A stretch of 60,666 bases of DNA, the filler included. It is 7 parts of 7 records of this genome, joined end to end, with 100 filler letters (N's around TTAATTAATTAA, not from the genome) between each part and the next. Parts side by side here need not be neighbours in the genome. Positions count along the whole stretch, not along the records: positions 1 to 16,068 come from SRR31147125_39322; 6 more parts are not named here. One strand, given 5' to 3'. The notes under the pieces are model-generated. The model did no database searches. It was not told the DNA's origin and worked only from the letters and a program-made list of their open reading frames with translations. The translations under genes were made by a program, and so were the position numbers. Shown here piece by piece: positions 1 to 11,272 of the stretch. Each line of letters opens with the position of its first letter. Positions within the stretch are counted from its first letter, which is position 1.

Positions 1-92
1 TGTGGCAAAGTGAGTGTTTATAAGGGTTTTGGGGTGGTTAGATTGCCTGTCCTAAACGAGTTTTTCTTATTGATCAATCATTTCATTAAAGG

Positions 93-123
93 AAAAAGCC
101 GCCCGAGGTGTTGGACGGCTTTT
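93..123. terminator. Intrinsic terminator downstream of tolC, probably bidirectional
   Basis: AAAAAGCCGCCC-loop-GGACGGCTTTT hairpin flanked by A and T runs, just past the stop at 149. Confidence 0.7.
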
Positions 124-148
124 AGGGGAAGAAGGATATGAAGCTTGT

Positions 149-1438
149 TTATTGATTCAATAATTGCCCGTTTAACTGCATGATCTGAAAATCATACATA
201 TAAGCTGAATTCTTTGCTTGTGAAATATTGATCTTTGCAGATGTTAGATTCAATTGCGCTTCACGAAATTGCGTTGAAGTAACTAATCCCTGCTCGTAAT
301 AATCTTTTGTTTGATCGAAATTCAGTTGCGAGGCTTCCAAGTTATTGATTTGTTTGTCCAAAACAACAAGACTGTTCTCATATGCGCTGTATACATTCTG
401 TACATTTTCCAACAGATCCAGCTTTTCTGCTTCCAGGGCGATCTCTGAATTTTCTACCGATATCTTGAAAATTTGCTTTTGAGTATTTCGGCGACCTGTA
501 AATAGGTCCCAGCTTAAATTTATGCCTGCTGAAAATGCTGCATTGGGATCGGACATGCTTACAGCCAAATCCGTTTCGGTCTGGTTATAGCCATATGAAC
601 CGGAAAGACTTAAAGTCGGCCAATAAGCAGAATTAGAACTTTTTAGATCAAGCTGGCTTTGCTCAAGGCTCATAACAGTCGATTGAAGAGATGCGTTATT
701 TGTAAACACCTCTTCTTTAATGGCACTCAATTCATAACTGTTAAACCCGGCTGAATACGAAACAATGTCATATTCCGTTTCCGGATCAAAGCCCAATAAT
801 ACATTCAAAGATCTTTTTTGTTCTTCGTAACTCTGCTTAGCATTTAAGTAGGATACCTCATCCATATTCAGGTTTACCTGAGATGTCAACAAACTCAACT
901 TGTTTGAATTTCCCATGTTATAGTTGCTTTCCAGACGATCATAATCTTCTTGTGTAATATCAAGCTGATCTTTGGCTGCATCCATATTATCCTTTGCCAG
1001 AGATGTGGATAGAAAGGATTGTGCAACAAGCAATAAGGTACTCTCAATGGCATCCTGCTCATTTATCATGGCCTGGTCTGACTGAGATTTAAGTTTCTTG
1101 TATGTATATACGTTACCCAATCCATCAAAGATCTTATAGCTCGCATTGAGCGTTGCCGATGTGGTGGTAGTCTGCATGTTTACGGTAGGTGTTGTATTGT
1201 CGGCATAATTTACACCGGCGCTGGCTGATACTACGGGAAGCAATCCGGCATTCCCAAGGGTCGCTGATTTTTCCATGATCTCAGTGCTGTTTTTGACCTG
1301 CTGGATATTGAAGTTATTCTTCAATGCCAGTGAGAATGCATCTTCCAGACTCAGTGAGCTCGCTGCAAAACTTGTTACGGCCAGGCTTACTGCTATGATG
1401 ATATATGTTAATTTTTTCATTTTATGTCCTTTTCCCAT
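149..1438 (-). CDS. TolC-family outer membrane efflux protein (alternative start at 1420, MKKLTY)
   Basis: Signal peptide, LSLEDAFSLALKNN start, WPTLSLSGSY and LSWDLF motifs; last gene of the RND operon. Confidence 0.9.
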   Translation of the reverse strand: MGKGHKMKKLTYIIIAVSLAVTSFAASSLSLEDAFSLALKNNFNIQQVKNSTEIMEKSATLGNAGLLPVVSASAGVNYADNTTPTVNMQTTTTSATLNASYKIFDGLGNVYTYKKLKSQSDQAMINEQDAIESTLLLVAQSFLSTSLAKDNMDAAKDQLDITQEDYDRLESNYNMGNSNKLSLLTSQVNLNMDEVSYLNAKQSYEEQKRSLNVLLGFDPETEYDIVSYSAGFNSYELSAIKEEVFTNNASLQSTVMSLEQSQLDLKSSNSAYWPTLSLSGSYGYNQTETDLAVSMSDPNAAFSAGINLSWDLFTGRRNTQKQIFKISVENSEIALEAEKLDLLENVQNVYSAYENSLVVLDKQINNLEASQLNFDQTKDYYEQGLVTSTQFREAQLNLTSAKINISQAKNSAYMYDFQIMQLNGQLLNQ

Positions 1439-4400
1439 TACATCAATGTTTCGGCTTTGAGTTCTTTAACTGCTTGTTCAACTTCTTCTGCAGTTGGCTC
1501 AATGCCTGTAGTAAGTTTTTTCCATTTGCGTTTGATCCCATTCAATGTTGCCAAAAGAGTCGGTAAAACAAAGAGTGTACCCAATGTTGCTATCAACAAT
1601 CCATATGCCACCGCTATCGCCATGGGAATGACCATGCCTGCTGTCGGATTGTTGCTGATGATCAACGGAGCTAATCCAGCGATCGTTGTCAGTGATGTCA
1701 GTACGATGGGACGAAAGCGGCTCTTGCCGGCATCAACTAAAGCATCGTTAAACGACTTACCTTCGCGCAACCTGTTATTCATATGATTGATGAATACAAT
1801 GGAATCATTTACTATCACTCCGAGCAGAATGACAATACCAAGGTAGGACGGCATATCAACCGCTACGCCATGGATAAAGTGACCCCATCCAATACCGATC
1901 AATGATAAAGGTACGATCACTAAAATGATCAATGTCTGTGCAAATGAACGAAATGTAAATGCGATCACGGCAAGTAAAAGGATCAGCATAATCGGAACAA
2001 TGGTCCCGATCTCACCCATCAATTCAGCTTCTCTCTCATCGCGTCCACCGAAATAAACCGAAATACTTGAATACTCCGATCGCAGTTCCGGCAGGATCAC
2101 ACTATTGATCTCATCCTTGATTTCGGTTAAATTTGCATCCGGGTTCATAAGGTCGGCTTCTACCGTGATCTCACGTTTACCCTCATGATGCTTAATGGTC
2201 ACAACAGAGTATTGATAACTCAGATCAGCAATCTCACTTAAAGGATAAGATTCTCCTCCTTGTGTGCTGATGCGCATGTCTTCCAGTTTGCCCACGCTTG
2301 AACGGTCTTCTTCATTATAGCGCACCCAAACTTTTACTTCGTCCTGGCCGCGATTCAATCTTTGGATCTCATAACCAAAGAATCCTTGACGAACTTGTGA
2401 GACAACTGTATTAAGGTCAAGGCCAAGGCTAAGACCCAAGCTATTTAATTCGATATGAACTTCGCGCATACCAAGTTGATTATTATCTTCAACATTCTTC
2501 AGGTCGCTCAGTTGATTCAATTCCGCTTTTAAGGCTTCAGTTGCTACTTCAAGTTCATCCAGATCACTACTCAACAGAGTAATAGATACCGGTTTACCAA
2601 AACGGGATTCTTCCACGAAATTGACTTTTTCAGCTTCCGGAATTGTGCCGACTTTCCTTAGAAATGAATTCGACATATCGCTCGACGAGAATTCTCTCTC
2701 GTTACTGTCAACAATATTGATCGACACGGAACCTGTAGTTGTGGATGTTACTGATTTAACTACCGATTCAACTACGTATTCGCCCTCAAGCGCACGGAAT
2801 TCATCAACGACCTCAAAAGCATGTTCTTCAATTTCATCAAGATAGCCGATGGTTACATCAGCAGGTGTACCGGCCGGCATGGTTAAATTGACCTTAACCT
2901 GATTGGTGTCTTCATTGCCACCGTCACCCATGCGGATCACACCACCTGCAAATCCACCAAGTGTAACTACAAACAGTCCAATAACAATACTTATCGTAAC
3001 TGCTTTATTGCGCAATGCTTTATTAAGCAAGGGCAGATATATTTTTTCTCTCAACCAGACAAGGATATTGTCTAGCCAAATTTCAATTTTGCTTTTCTTT
3101 TCTTTCGGAGTTAGAGCTTTTGAGTGTGCAATGTGGGCAGGCAAGATCAGGGCACATTCCAGCAGTGAAATTCCCAAGGCCGCGATCACCACAATGGCCA
3201 TCTCACGAAACATTTGTCCCATCATACCGCCAATGAACAAAATAGATCCGGCTGCAAGTATGGTTGTTAAAACACCGGAAAATACGGCCGGTAATACTTC
3301 CATAGCACCGTCGATGGCTGCACGCAGAGGTTTCTTGCCGCGCTCATAATGCTGATAGATGTTTTCGGCAACCACAATACCGTCATCAACCAAAATACCG
3401 ATCACGAGGATCATGCCGAAAAGTGACATCATATTCAGTGTGATCCCGACCACCGATGCAATGAGAAACATACCCATGAAAGAGAGTGGGATCGAGAATG
3501 CAACCCAGAATGATAAGCGCTTATTCAGGAACATAGATAAGAAGAGTATAACAAGAAGAAAACCGACCGCGCCGTTGCTCAGCAAAATGCTTTGCATGGT
3601 GTCGATCCTTTCGGAGTTATCCATCAGTACTTTTATGCTTGTAACCGTATTACTTTCGTTATAGCCATCAGCATACTCTCTCACCAGTTCCGAAATTTCA
3701 ATAATATCTTCTTCATTGGTGTGATTAACTCTTACCATAAGCGCCGGCTCATGATCAACATAAACCAGATTGGGATCTTCGCTCCAGCGATCCTGGACGT
3801 CTGCAACATCCCGCAGCAAAACTTGTGCCCCATTGCTACCCGTTCTTAACACAATGTCTTCCATATCTTTGGCATAATACTCTTTTGCCAATGAGCGAAT
3901 ATATAATTCTTCGTCTTCACCTTTAATAGTTCCACCGGTCAGATCCATGTTCGTAGCATAAACTGCTGAAGCAGCTTCAGTGATCGTCATGTTATAAGCC
4001 TGAAGATCATTTTCACGGAAGGATATTTCTATCTCTTCATCGGGAAAACCGCTAAGCTCAATTTTTGTAATGCCATCAATGGCAAGAAGATCTTCTTCAA
4101 CCCGACGAGCCTGATCTTTCAAGACATGCAGATCCACATCACCCATTAAAGCCATTTCTATAGCTGTGGCGGTCCACTCGATCTTTTGTACCGTTGCGGG
4201 TTCCATGTCCGAGGGAAATGATGAAATGGCATCCACTTCGTTCTTTACTTCCTGCAGAACTACATCCTGGTCGTATCCGCTAACCAGTTCAACAACCACG
4301 ACACCATAATTTTCCATAGATGTTGAGGTGATCTTTTTAACACCGGTCATTCCGCGTAAATTATTTTCGATCTTCAGTACGACACCGGTTTCGATCTCTT

Positions 4401-4572
4401 GAGGTGAGGCGCCGGGATAAGACGCCGATACGGTGATATAACCGGGTTCCACTTCGGGGAATAAGGTTGAATTGATCTGTGTCAATCCAAGAAATCCCAG
4501 AACCAGCAACAGAATGACAAGAATATTTCCCGCTACCGGATATTTGATAAAATATTGTATTAGTTTCTTCAT
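1438..4572 (-). CDS. RND efflux permease, AcrB/AcrD/AcrF family
   Basis: 1044 aa; YPGASPQEIE, GILVDDGIVVAEN and RFRPIVLTSLTTIAGLAP motifs. Confidence 0.95.
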   Translation of the reverse strand: MKKLIQYFIKYPVAGNILVILLLVLGFLGLTQINSTLFPEVEPGYITVSASYPGASPQEIETGVVLKIENNLRGMTGVKKITSTSMENYGVVVVELVSGYDQDVVLQEVKNEVDAISSFPSDMEPATVQKIEWTATAIEMALMGDVDLHVLKDQARRVEEDLLAIDGITKIELSGFPDEEIEISFRENDLQAYNMTITEAASAVYATNMDLTGGTIKGEDEELYIRSLAKEYYAKDMEDIVLRTGSNGAQVLLRDVADVQDRWSEDPNLVYVDHEPALMVRVNHTNEEDIIEISELVREYADGYNESNTVTSIKVLMDNSERIDTMQSILLSNGAVGFLLVILFLSMFLNKRLSFWVAFSIPLSFMGMFLIASVVGITLNMMSLFGMILVIGILVDDGIVVAENIYQHYERGKKPLRAAIDGAMEVLPAVFSGVLTTILAAGSILFIGGMMGQMFREMAIVVIAALGISLLECALILPAHIAHSKALTPKEKKSKIEIWLDNILVWLREKIYLPLLNKALRNKAVTISIVIGLFVVTLGGFAGGVIRMGDGGNEDTNQVKVNLTMPAGTPADVTIGYLDEIEEHAFEVVDEFRALEGEYVVESVVKSVTSTTTGSVSINIVDSNEREFSSSDMSNSFLRKVGTIPEAEKVNFVEESRFGKPVSITLLSSDLDELEVATEALKAELNQLSDLKNVEDNNQLGMREVHIELNSLGLSLGLDLNTVVSQVRQGFFGYEIQRLNRGQDEVKVWVRYNEEDRSSVGKLEDMRISTQGGESYPLSEIADLSYQYSVVTIKHHEGKREITVEADLMNPDANLTEIKDEINSVILPELRSEYSSISVYFGGRDEREAELMGEIGTIVPIMLILLLAVIAFTFRSFAQTLIILVIVPLSLIGIGWGHFIHGVAVDMPSYLGIVILLGVIVNDSIVFINHMNNRLREGKSFNDALVDAGKSRFRPIVLTSLTTIAGLAPLIISNNPTAGMVIPMAIAVAYGLLIATLGTLFVLPTLLATLNGIKRKWKKLTTGIEPTAEEVEQAVKELKAETLM

Positions 4573-4581
4573 ATTCTTCCC

Positions 4582-5745
4582 TTAATTAGCTTTTGTTCCC
4601 TTAGCCATCGCTGATCTTTCGGGCATATCCTGCATGTCATCGGTAATGACTTGCAGTCCTTCATAGATGCCACTTGTTCGGTCTGCGATCCGGCTGCCGT
4701 TTTCCAGTCCGCCAATAATGGCCTTATCATCATATTTCTGATAAACAGTAACATTGGCATTGTGAATAGTGTTCATACTGTCAATGGCATAAACATAACT
4801 GTCTTCTTGTAAAAGTTTTCTGGATATCTCCATGCCGTAGAATGTTTCAGATGTGTTGATCTTGCCTTCAAAGAACATATTATCCTTGACGCCGTCCGCA
4901 CTTGCACGCACATATACATCAACGGTTTGTGTCATTGGGTCAATGGTTGAATTAATACGGTTTACTTCTCCTGTAACTTCCAGTCCTGTAATCGGAGAAA
5001 CAAGTTCAACCATATCGCCGACTGAGATCATGTCTATATCGGTCAACTTAACGGAGACCTCAACATCATAAAGATCATCTTTTACATAGGTGCCAAGTTT
5101 TTGACCGTTCATGACCAACATACCGGGTTTAACGTAGCTTTCAGTCAACACACCGTCAAAATCTGCAGTGATCTGATATTTACTTAAACGGATCTCCTGA
5201 CTGAGAATACTGTAATAGCTGTCGTATATACCTTGAGCGGTAATGAAGATCTTTTCTTTTTCATCTCTTGCCTTCGGAAGTTCTAAAAGAGTTTCTTCTA
5301 TATCATAATTATTAATGTATTCTTTCCATGTATCATAACTTTCGGGATACTCGAATTTCAATTCGACCAGCAAACTCGTTAATTGAGTAAGAAAACCGCT
5401 TTTAAGTGATTTTACGCTCGCTTTTGCTTCGTCATTATTTATATCTAGAAGCACATCGCCTTCATTAAAGGTATTGCCTGCAAGAAAATTTGAGCTGTTT
5501 AATTCAAGCACACCGCTTACTTCGGAATAAATATCGACTTTCTCAACCGCCGAAGTGCTACCGTAAACTGCAATACTTACAGGGATATCTGAATTTTCGA
5601 TGCTTATTGTCGATACGCGTTGTTTAACGGATACGATCCCTCTTCGTTCGGGTGTGTCCTTCATGGCGGCCAGCGCTCGCATTGCGATGATACTCACAAG
5701 CAGAACTGCCGCAACGATCAATATACTTTTTCCTCTTTTCTTCAT
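4582..5745 (-). CDS. RND periplasmic adaptor (membrane fusion protein)
   Basis: N-terminal anchor, ITADFDGVL and INSTIDPMTQTV motifs; start MKKRGK follows the AGGAG/GAGG RBS. Confidence 0.9.
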   Translation of the reverse strand: MKKRGKSILIVAAVLLVSIIAMRALAAMKDTPERRGIVSVKQRVSTISIENSDIPVSIAVYGSTSAVEKVDIYSEVSGVLELNSSNFLAGNTFNEGDVLLDINNDEAKASVKSLKSGFLTQLTSLLVELKFEYPESYDTWKEYINNYDIEETLLELPKARDEKEKIFITAQGIYDSYYSILSQEIRLSKYQITADFDGVLTESYVKPGMLVMNGQKLGTYVKDDLYDVEVSVKLTDIDMISVGDMVELVSPITGLEVTGEVNRINSTIDPMTQTVDVYVRASADGVKDNMFFEGKINTSETFYGMEISRKLLQEDSYVYAIDSMNTIHNANVTVYQKYDDKAIIGGLENGSRIADRTSGIYEGLQVITDDMQDMPERSAMAKGTKAN

Positions 5746-5813
5746 TTCCTCAACTCCTATTTTTAAGTTTCGCCGAATTATAATCCTATTATTATAGGGT
5801 TGAGACATTCTTT

Positions 5814-5925
5814 CGGTAAACGTAGAATACTTTAGTCAAAAGCATCATATTAGCCGATAAACACCAAAGAATAGCTTTATCGTGCAAATACCTCCATTCA
5901 TCTAATAATTTGCTATTTTCATCGA
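5814..5925. promoter_or_regulatory. Candidate LytTR operator arrays between the divergent operons
   Basis: TTTATCGT/TTCATCTA/TTCATCGA at 5876, 5897, 5918 (exact 21-bp period); inverted CGGTAAA/AGTCAAA/CGATAAA at 5814, 5834, 5855. Confidence 0.55.
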
Positions 5926-5991
5926 AATTCATGGTAAAATGAGCTATGTTACTTATATATTTCTTTCGAAACGACGCATCAAGGACGATAA

Positions 5992-7140
5992 ATGAAGAAA
6001 AACAAAAAGAACAGATCATTTACTAAAGATCAGATCAACCTGGACCGAAATTTCATTTCGGGTTTTTTACAACGTTCCTACAGCAGCAATCTTCTATTCT
6101 GGATGATCTATTTGTTCATGATGCTGCTTTCTTCCTTTAAATTTCTTAAAGAAGGTGAATTAACTTCTTTCTTTGCCCGGCAAATTATCGAGATTTTCGT
6201 ATTGTTTATTGCCATTATTGTAAACAATAAGATCCTGGTCCCCCGGTTCCTTCAAAAGAGAAAGGGACTCACTTATTCCGGCTTGCTGATCTTAACTGTA
6301 TTCATGCTTGCATTTTTACAATTCCTTTTTGCAAACATTCTTAATCAATTCGATATAAATTTATTTTCACCGATCGAATCTCGCGGACCACGTGGAATGT
6401 TTCTCTTCAATGCCATTCCTTTGCTCTTCTTTGTCATGTTAAATCTCTTCTTACGAATATTCAAGGAATGGGCAAGCTTACAAGAAATTGAAAAAAAACT
6501 AGAAGAAGCCAAGAAGGAAGCATTAAAAATTCAGCTGGAGAATCTTAAGGCACAAGTGAATCCTCATTTCTTGTTTAACACATTGAACAATATCTATTCC
6601 CTCAGCCTTTTCAACGATAAACGTACACCCGAGACGATCCTGAAACTCTCTGATCTTTTATCTTACATGATCTATGATTGCCGTGAAAACAGGGTTAAAG
6701 TTGACAAAGAAATGAAATTTATTGAGAATTATACAGTGCTTGAAAAATTACGCTTTAACGATAATGCTACCTTGGAAGTAAGTATCGATAAAAACTGGAA
6801 TGGTGATGAGATCGCTCCCCTGCTATTCGCACCCTTCATCGAAAATGCTTTCAAACACGGAATGAATATACAAAGCAGAGAACCAAAGATATCCATATTG
6901 GTGGAAAACACCAATAATGATCATCTTCATTTCGTCTGCAAGAATTATACCGATAACATCAAAAATCCCGGACCGGGCGGCATCGGTTTGAAAAATGTTC
7001 GCTCACGATTAGATCTCTTATATCCCGGTCGACATAATTTGACCATTACTAATGATGATGGATGTTTTAAGGTCGATCTTGAAATTGATATCAGCCGTGG
7101 TCCTGAACTTGACACGGTAGTAGAAAAGGTGGAAGCATGA
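5992..7140 (+). CDS. LytS/YehU-type sensor histidine kinase
   Basis: Four TM segments; LKAQVNPHFLFNTLNNIY, FIENAFKHG and GGIGLKNV motifs. Confidence 0.93.
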   Translation: MKKNKKNRSFTKDQINLDRNFISGFLQRSYSSNLLFWMIYLFMMLLSSFKFLKEGELTSFFARQIIEIFVLFIAIIVNNKILVPRFLQKRKGLTYSGLLILTVFMLAFLQFLFANILNQFDINLFSPIESRGPRGMFLFNAIPLLFFVMLNLFLRIFKEWASLQEIEKKLEEAKKEALKIQLENLKAQVNPHFLFNTLNNIYSLSLFNDKRTPETILKLSDLLSYMIYDCRENRVKVDKEMKFIENYTVLEKLRFNDNATLEVSIDKNWNGDEIAPLLFAPFIENAFKHGMNIQSREPKISILVENTNNDHLHFVCKNYTDNIKNPGPGGIGLKNVRSRLDLLYPGRHNLTITNDDGCFKVDLEIDISRGPELDTVVEKVEA

Positions 7141-7865
7141 AAAACATTAGATGTCTTATCGTAGACGACGAAGCACCCGCACGCAAAGTGGTGGAGAAAT
7201 TCCTCACAGATATGCCCGGCTTCGAGATCGCGGGACAGTGCAAGAACGCGTTCGAAGCCATGGACATGCTTCAAAAAGAAAAGCCGGACCTGATGTTCCT
7301 CGATATCAATATGCCAAATCTCAGTGGTATGCAATTGTTGAAAACGCTTGATCGTCCGCCGCTCGTTATCATCACAACTGCCTACCGCGAATATGCCCTT
7401 GAAAGCTTTGAGTTGGATGTGCTGGACTATTTGCATAAGCCCTTTTCTTTTGAGCGCTTTATAAAAGCTTTGAATAAAGTTAGGGCGCGTCTGGAATCCA
7501 AAGAAACTCCGGCAACACCGGCATCATCACCCTCAGAAGAAAAAGGACCAGACTACATTTTCGTTAAAGAAGATAAGCGGAACTACCGGGTTGACACAAA
7601 AGATATTATGTATATGCAAGCGGACGGGGACTATATTAATGTCGTTACGGCAAAACGCTCTTACCTTATCTATATGACCATGAAAAAAATGGAAAAACTG
7701 ATCGAGAAAACAAAACTGATGCGTGTGCATCGCTCCTATTTTGTCAATCTTGCATATGTAACGGCCTTTGAAGGAAATCGAATTTTGATCAAAGATCATG
7801 CTATCCCTTTAGGAGCCGCCTATCGGGACGATTTCTATAATATTGTGAAACAAATTAGCGTTTAA
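7137..7865 (+). CDS. LytTR-family response regulator
   Basis: Receiver LIVDDE...FLDINMP...YLHKP; LytTR domain MRVHRSYFVN. Confidence 0.95.
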   Translation: MKNIRCLIVDDEAPARKVVEKFLTDMPGFEIAGQCKNAFEAMDMLQKEKPDLMFLDINMPNLSGMQLLKTLDRPPLVIITTAYREYALESFELDVLDYLHKPFSFERFIKALNKVRARLESKETPATPASSPSEEKGPDYIFVKEDKRNYRVDTKDIMYMQADGDYINVVTAKRSYLIYMTMKKMEKLIEKTKLMRVHRSYFVNLAYVTAFEGNRILIKDHAIPLGAAYRDDFYNIVKQISV

Positions 7866-7919
7866 GTACTACATATACGGGACGAAATTTAATCAAAGAA
7901 CAGAGAACGGAGACAATAC

Positions 7920-10223
7920 ATGTCAAAACGATTTTTATACCTGATAATTCTAATGACGGCTTTTGCATCGGCGACTGAATTTTCACTGCGTGGGATGGTC
8001 ATCGATACCAAAACCGGAGAAGATCTTATTGGTGCCGCTGTTACCATCGATGGGAATGGTGGGACATTTACCAACTCCTACGGATTCTACTCCATTACCT
8101 TACCTGAAGGTGAAATTGATGTCATTATATCTTTTATCGGCTATAAGCCCGTTAAAGCACATATTGATCTGACTTCCAATACTGTTATGGACTTTGAACT
8201 GACACCCTCGGTGATCGCTTTGAATGAAGTTGAGGTTTCGGCAGACCGGCCCGATAACAATGTAAGCTCTACACAAATGAGCGTTGCTAAACTCGATGTC
8301 AACACCATCGAAATGATGCCGGTGCTTTTTGGAGAATCGGACATTCTTAAGACCATTCAATTGCTTCCGGGTATCAGCACGGCTTCTGAGGGTAGCACGG
8401 GCTTTTCCGTTCGCGGAGGTTCAATAGATGAAAACCTTATTCTTCTTGATGAAGCGACCGTTTATTCACCGTCTCATCTTATGGGTTTCGTCTCAGTTTT
8501 TAACTCCGATGCTATAAAAGATATCACGGTTTATAAAGGCGGTATACCAGCATCCTACGGTGGACGTGCTTCTTCGGTTGTTGACGTTCAAATGAATAAC
8601 GGTAACAATAAAGAATTTTCAGGTAAAGCAGGAATTGGTCTGATCTCCTCGCGCTTGACCTTAGAGGGTCCAATTATTAAGGACAAAGCTTCTTTTATTA
8701 TCTCGGGCCGCAGGTCATATGCAGATCTTATTCTGAAAGCGTTACCCTTAGATATTATCAGCGATGAAACCCAGCTATATTTTTACGACCTTAACGCTAA
8801 ACTGAATATCAAACTTAATAATAATAACAGATTTTTCTTCTCGGGTTATTTTGGTGAAGATGTGTTCGGTTTTAACGATATGATGGGCACCAGCTGGGGC
8901 AATACAACCTTCACGGGAAGATGGAACCATATTTTTGGTGATAAACTATTTTCAAATACATCGTTTATCTTTAGTGATTACGATTATGGATTTCAGGTAT
9001 CGGAATTTATGTCCATGAATTCTGGTATCGATAATTATACTCTCAAAGAAGATCTCACCTATTTTCCCAATCCAAATATGACAACAAAGATCGGGTTCAA
9101 TGTCACAAAATACAAATTTAATCCCGGTGAATTATCAATGGGAGAAGACAGCTCCGATTTTAATATTATCATGGACGAACAACATGGACTGGAATCAGGG
9201 ATCTATGTATCAAATGAGCATCAGATCTCTCCCTTATTCAGTACCGAATATGGTTTGAGAGCCTCAATGTACAATCAAGTAGGACCCGGTTGGACCTATT
9301 CGTATAATGATGAAAATGAGATAACAGATTCTACTTGGTATGATGATTGGGAAGTGGCTCAGACATACTGGAATCTGGAACCGCGAGTATCTTTGAATTT
9401 CCGCATGACCGAGCAAAATTCGATAAAGGCCTCCTATAACCGCATGGCTCAATATATTCACCAGCTATCCAATAGCACGTCAGGACAAGCAACAGATGTT
9501 TGGATGTCCAGTTCAACACTTGTAAAACCTCTTGTGGTGGATCAGTTTGCTTTGGGATATTTTCATAACTTCCGCGATAACAGCATTGAAGCTTCGATAG
9601 AAGCCTACTACAAAAACATGCAAAATGTGTCCGATTTTGAAGACGGTACAGACATCATGTTCAATGATAAGATCGAATCTCAAATCTTGACGGGTAAAGG
9701 AAGATCCTATGGTTTGGAATTCTTTCTTAAAAAGAAATACGGTAAATTCACCGGCTGGATCTCATACACGCTTGCAAGAACGGAACAACAGATCGACGGA
9801 ATAAATGAGGGTGAATGGTATCCGTCCAAATATGACCGCACCCATGATCTGTCACTTGTTGCAAATTACGCATTTACCAATAAATTAAATCTTTCCGCCA
9901 CCTGGGTTTATTACACCGGCAATGCCGTTACTTTCCCAAGTGGACAATACACTATTGATGGTCAAGTTGTACCGTATTATACCGAGCGAAATGGATACCG
10001 AATGCCTGACTATCATCGTTTAGACCTAAATCTTCATTTAAAGGGAAAAGACAGAAAGCATTATTCCTCTTCCTGGGATTTTTCGATCTACAATGTCTAT
10101 AACAGATATAACGCCTATTCTATTTATTTCCAGGAAAGTGAAAGCAATCCCGGTAATATGGAAGCAGTACAGCTGGCTTTATTTGGGATCGTTCCCTCAA
10201 TAACCTTTAATATCAATTTCTAG
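7920..10223 (+). CDS. TonB-dependent receptor with N-terminal carboxypeptidase-regulatory-like domain
   Basis: Plug GFSVRGG...NLILLD; YKGGIPASYGGR; YHRLD; C-terminal F. Confidence 0.9.
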   Translation: MSKRFLYLIILMTAFASATEFSLRGMVIDTKTGEDLIGAAVTIDGNGGTFTNSYGFYSITLPEGEIDVIISFIGYKPVKAHIDLTSNTVMDFELTPSVIALNEVEVSADRPDNNVSSTQMSVAKLDVNTIEMMPVLFGESDILKTIQLLPGISTASEGSTGFSVRGGSIDENLILLDEATVYSPSHLMGFVSVFNSDAIKDITVYKGGIPASYGGRASSVVDVQMNNGNNKEFSGKAGIGLISSRLTLEGPIIKDKASFIISGRRSYADLILKALPLDIISDETQLYFYDLNAKLNIKLNNNNRFFFSGYFGEDVFGFNDMMGTSWGNTTFTGRWNHIFGDKLFSNTSFIFSDYDYGFQVSEFMSMNSGIDNYTLKEDLTYFPNPNMTTKIGFNVTKYKFNPGELSMGEDSSDFNIIMDEQHGLESGIYVSNEHQISPLFSTEYGLRASMYNQVGPGWTYSYNDENEITDSTWYDDWEVAQTYWNLEPRVSLNFRMTEQNSIKASYNRMAQYIHQLSNSTSGQATDVWMSSSTLVKPLVVDQFALGYFHNFRDNSIEASIEAYYKNMQNVSDFEDGTDIMFNDKIESQILTGKGRSYGLEFFLKKKYGKFTGWISYTLARTEQQIDGINEGEWYPSKYDRTHDLSLVANYAFTNKLNLSATWVYYTGNAVTFPSGQYTIDGQVVPYYTERNGYRMPDYHRLDLNLHLKGKDRKHYSSSWDFSIYNVYNRYNAYSIYFQESESNPGNMEAVQLALFGIVPSITFNINF

Positions 10224-10231
10224 GTGAATAC

Positions 10232-11068
10232 ATGAAAAAATCATTATTTATATTTATTATAGCATTGATCGCTTTAAGCTCTTGCGAGCAAGTGATCGAT
10301 ATTGATCTTAATCTTGCAGCACCGGCTCTCGTGATCGAAGGCAAAGTAGTTCAAGATTCTCTGGTTCGTGTTTGTCTGCAAGAGACAACATCATATTTTT
10401 CACCGGATTCCCAGCCTTGTATTGATAGTGCCATTGTAATCGTGCAGGAGGATGACAGAGCGCCCGATACATTGATCAACAAAGGTTACGGCCAATATGA
10501 AAGTGGTACAGTGAGAGGAAAAATCGGATCAACATATTATATGACTGTCATTTATGATCAGCTTGAGTATGAAGCTGAAAGCTATATTCCCGAGGCGCCT
10601 GTCATTTATGAGTTAAATACAGCACCTATGATGAACATGTTTGGAGACGACAGTACGAGCAGACCAAACTTTCCAGGCGGCATGCACGACATGGATACCA
10701 TCCCCTATATCCTCACGGCAAAACTCAATAATGATCTTTCGGTTGATGATTATATACTGGCACAGTACTGGGTCAATGGTGAAAATATGAGTTCACCCTT
10801 TGATCCCATTTCTGACGAAAATTCGCAAGATGATACTCTAACCATTATGGCCATGTATGGTTTTTACGAAGGCGATACTCTAATATTGAAGACCTATGCC
10901 GTGGATCGCTATGTGCATCGTTACTTTGATATGCTCGATGATATTTTGAATACAAATATGATGGACTCATCCACACCTTATAATCCTTGGTCAAATATTT
11001 CCAATAATGCCCTGGGTGTATTTTCGGCAATGGGCTTAAGTTCGGATACAATTATTGTGGGCTTATAA
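10232..11068 (+). CDS. DUF4249-like lipoprotein, partner of the TonB receptor
   Basis: Lipobox LSSC followed by EQVIDIDL...LVIEG; C-terminal SNISNNALGVF. Confidence 0.8.
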   Translation: MKKSLFIFIIALIALSSCEQVIDIDLNLAAPALVIEGKVVQDSLVRVCLQETTSYFSPDSQPCIDSAIVIVQEDDRAPDTLINKGYGQYESGTVRGKIGSTYYMTVIYDQLEYEAESYIPEAPVIYELNTAPMMNMFGDDSTSRPNFPGGMHDMDTIPYILTAKLNNDLSVDDYILAQYWVNGENMSSPFDPISDENSQDDTLTIMAMYGFYEGDTLILKTYAVDRYVHRYFDMLDDILNTNMMDSSTPYNPWSNISNNALGVFSAMGLSSDTIIVGL

Positions 11069-11272
11069 AACTATACCTCGATTTTCTAAACTTTGGTAAA
11101 AAGATCTCTTTTTTTTATTGCTTATCTTTTCAAAATTTATCCCATCGAAATTCCACATAGAATATTTGTGCAAATTAATGGAGCTTACGGTTTGTTTTAC
11201 TCCAAAATATTTTCCACCATCATCCACGTAAACTTTTTGATAAAGAAAAACCTCCTTTTCAGGAAATTCCTC

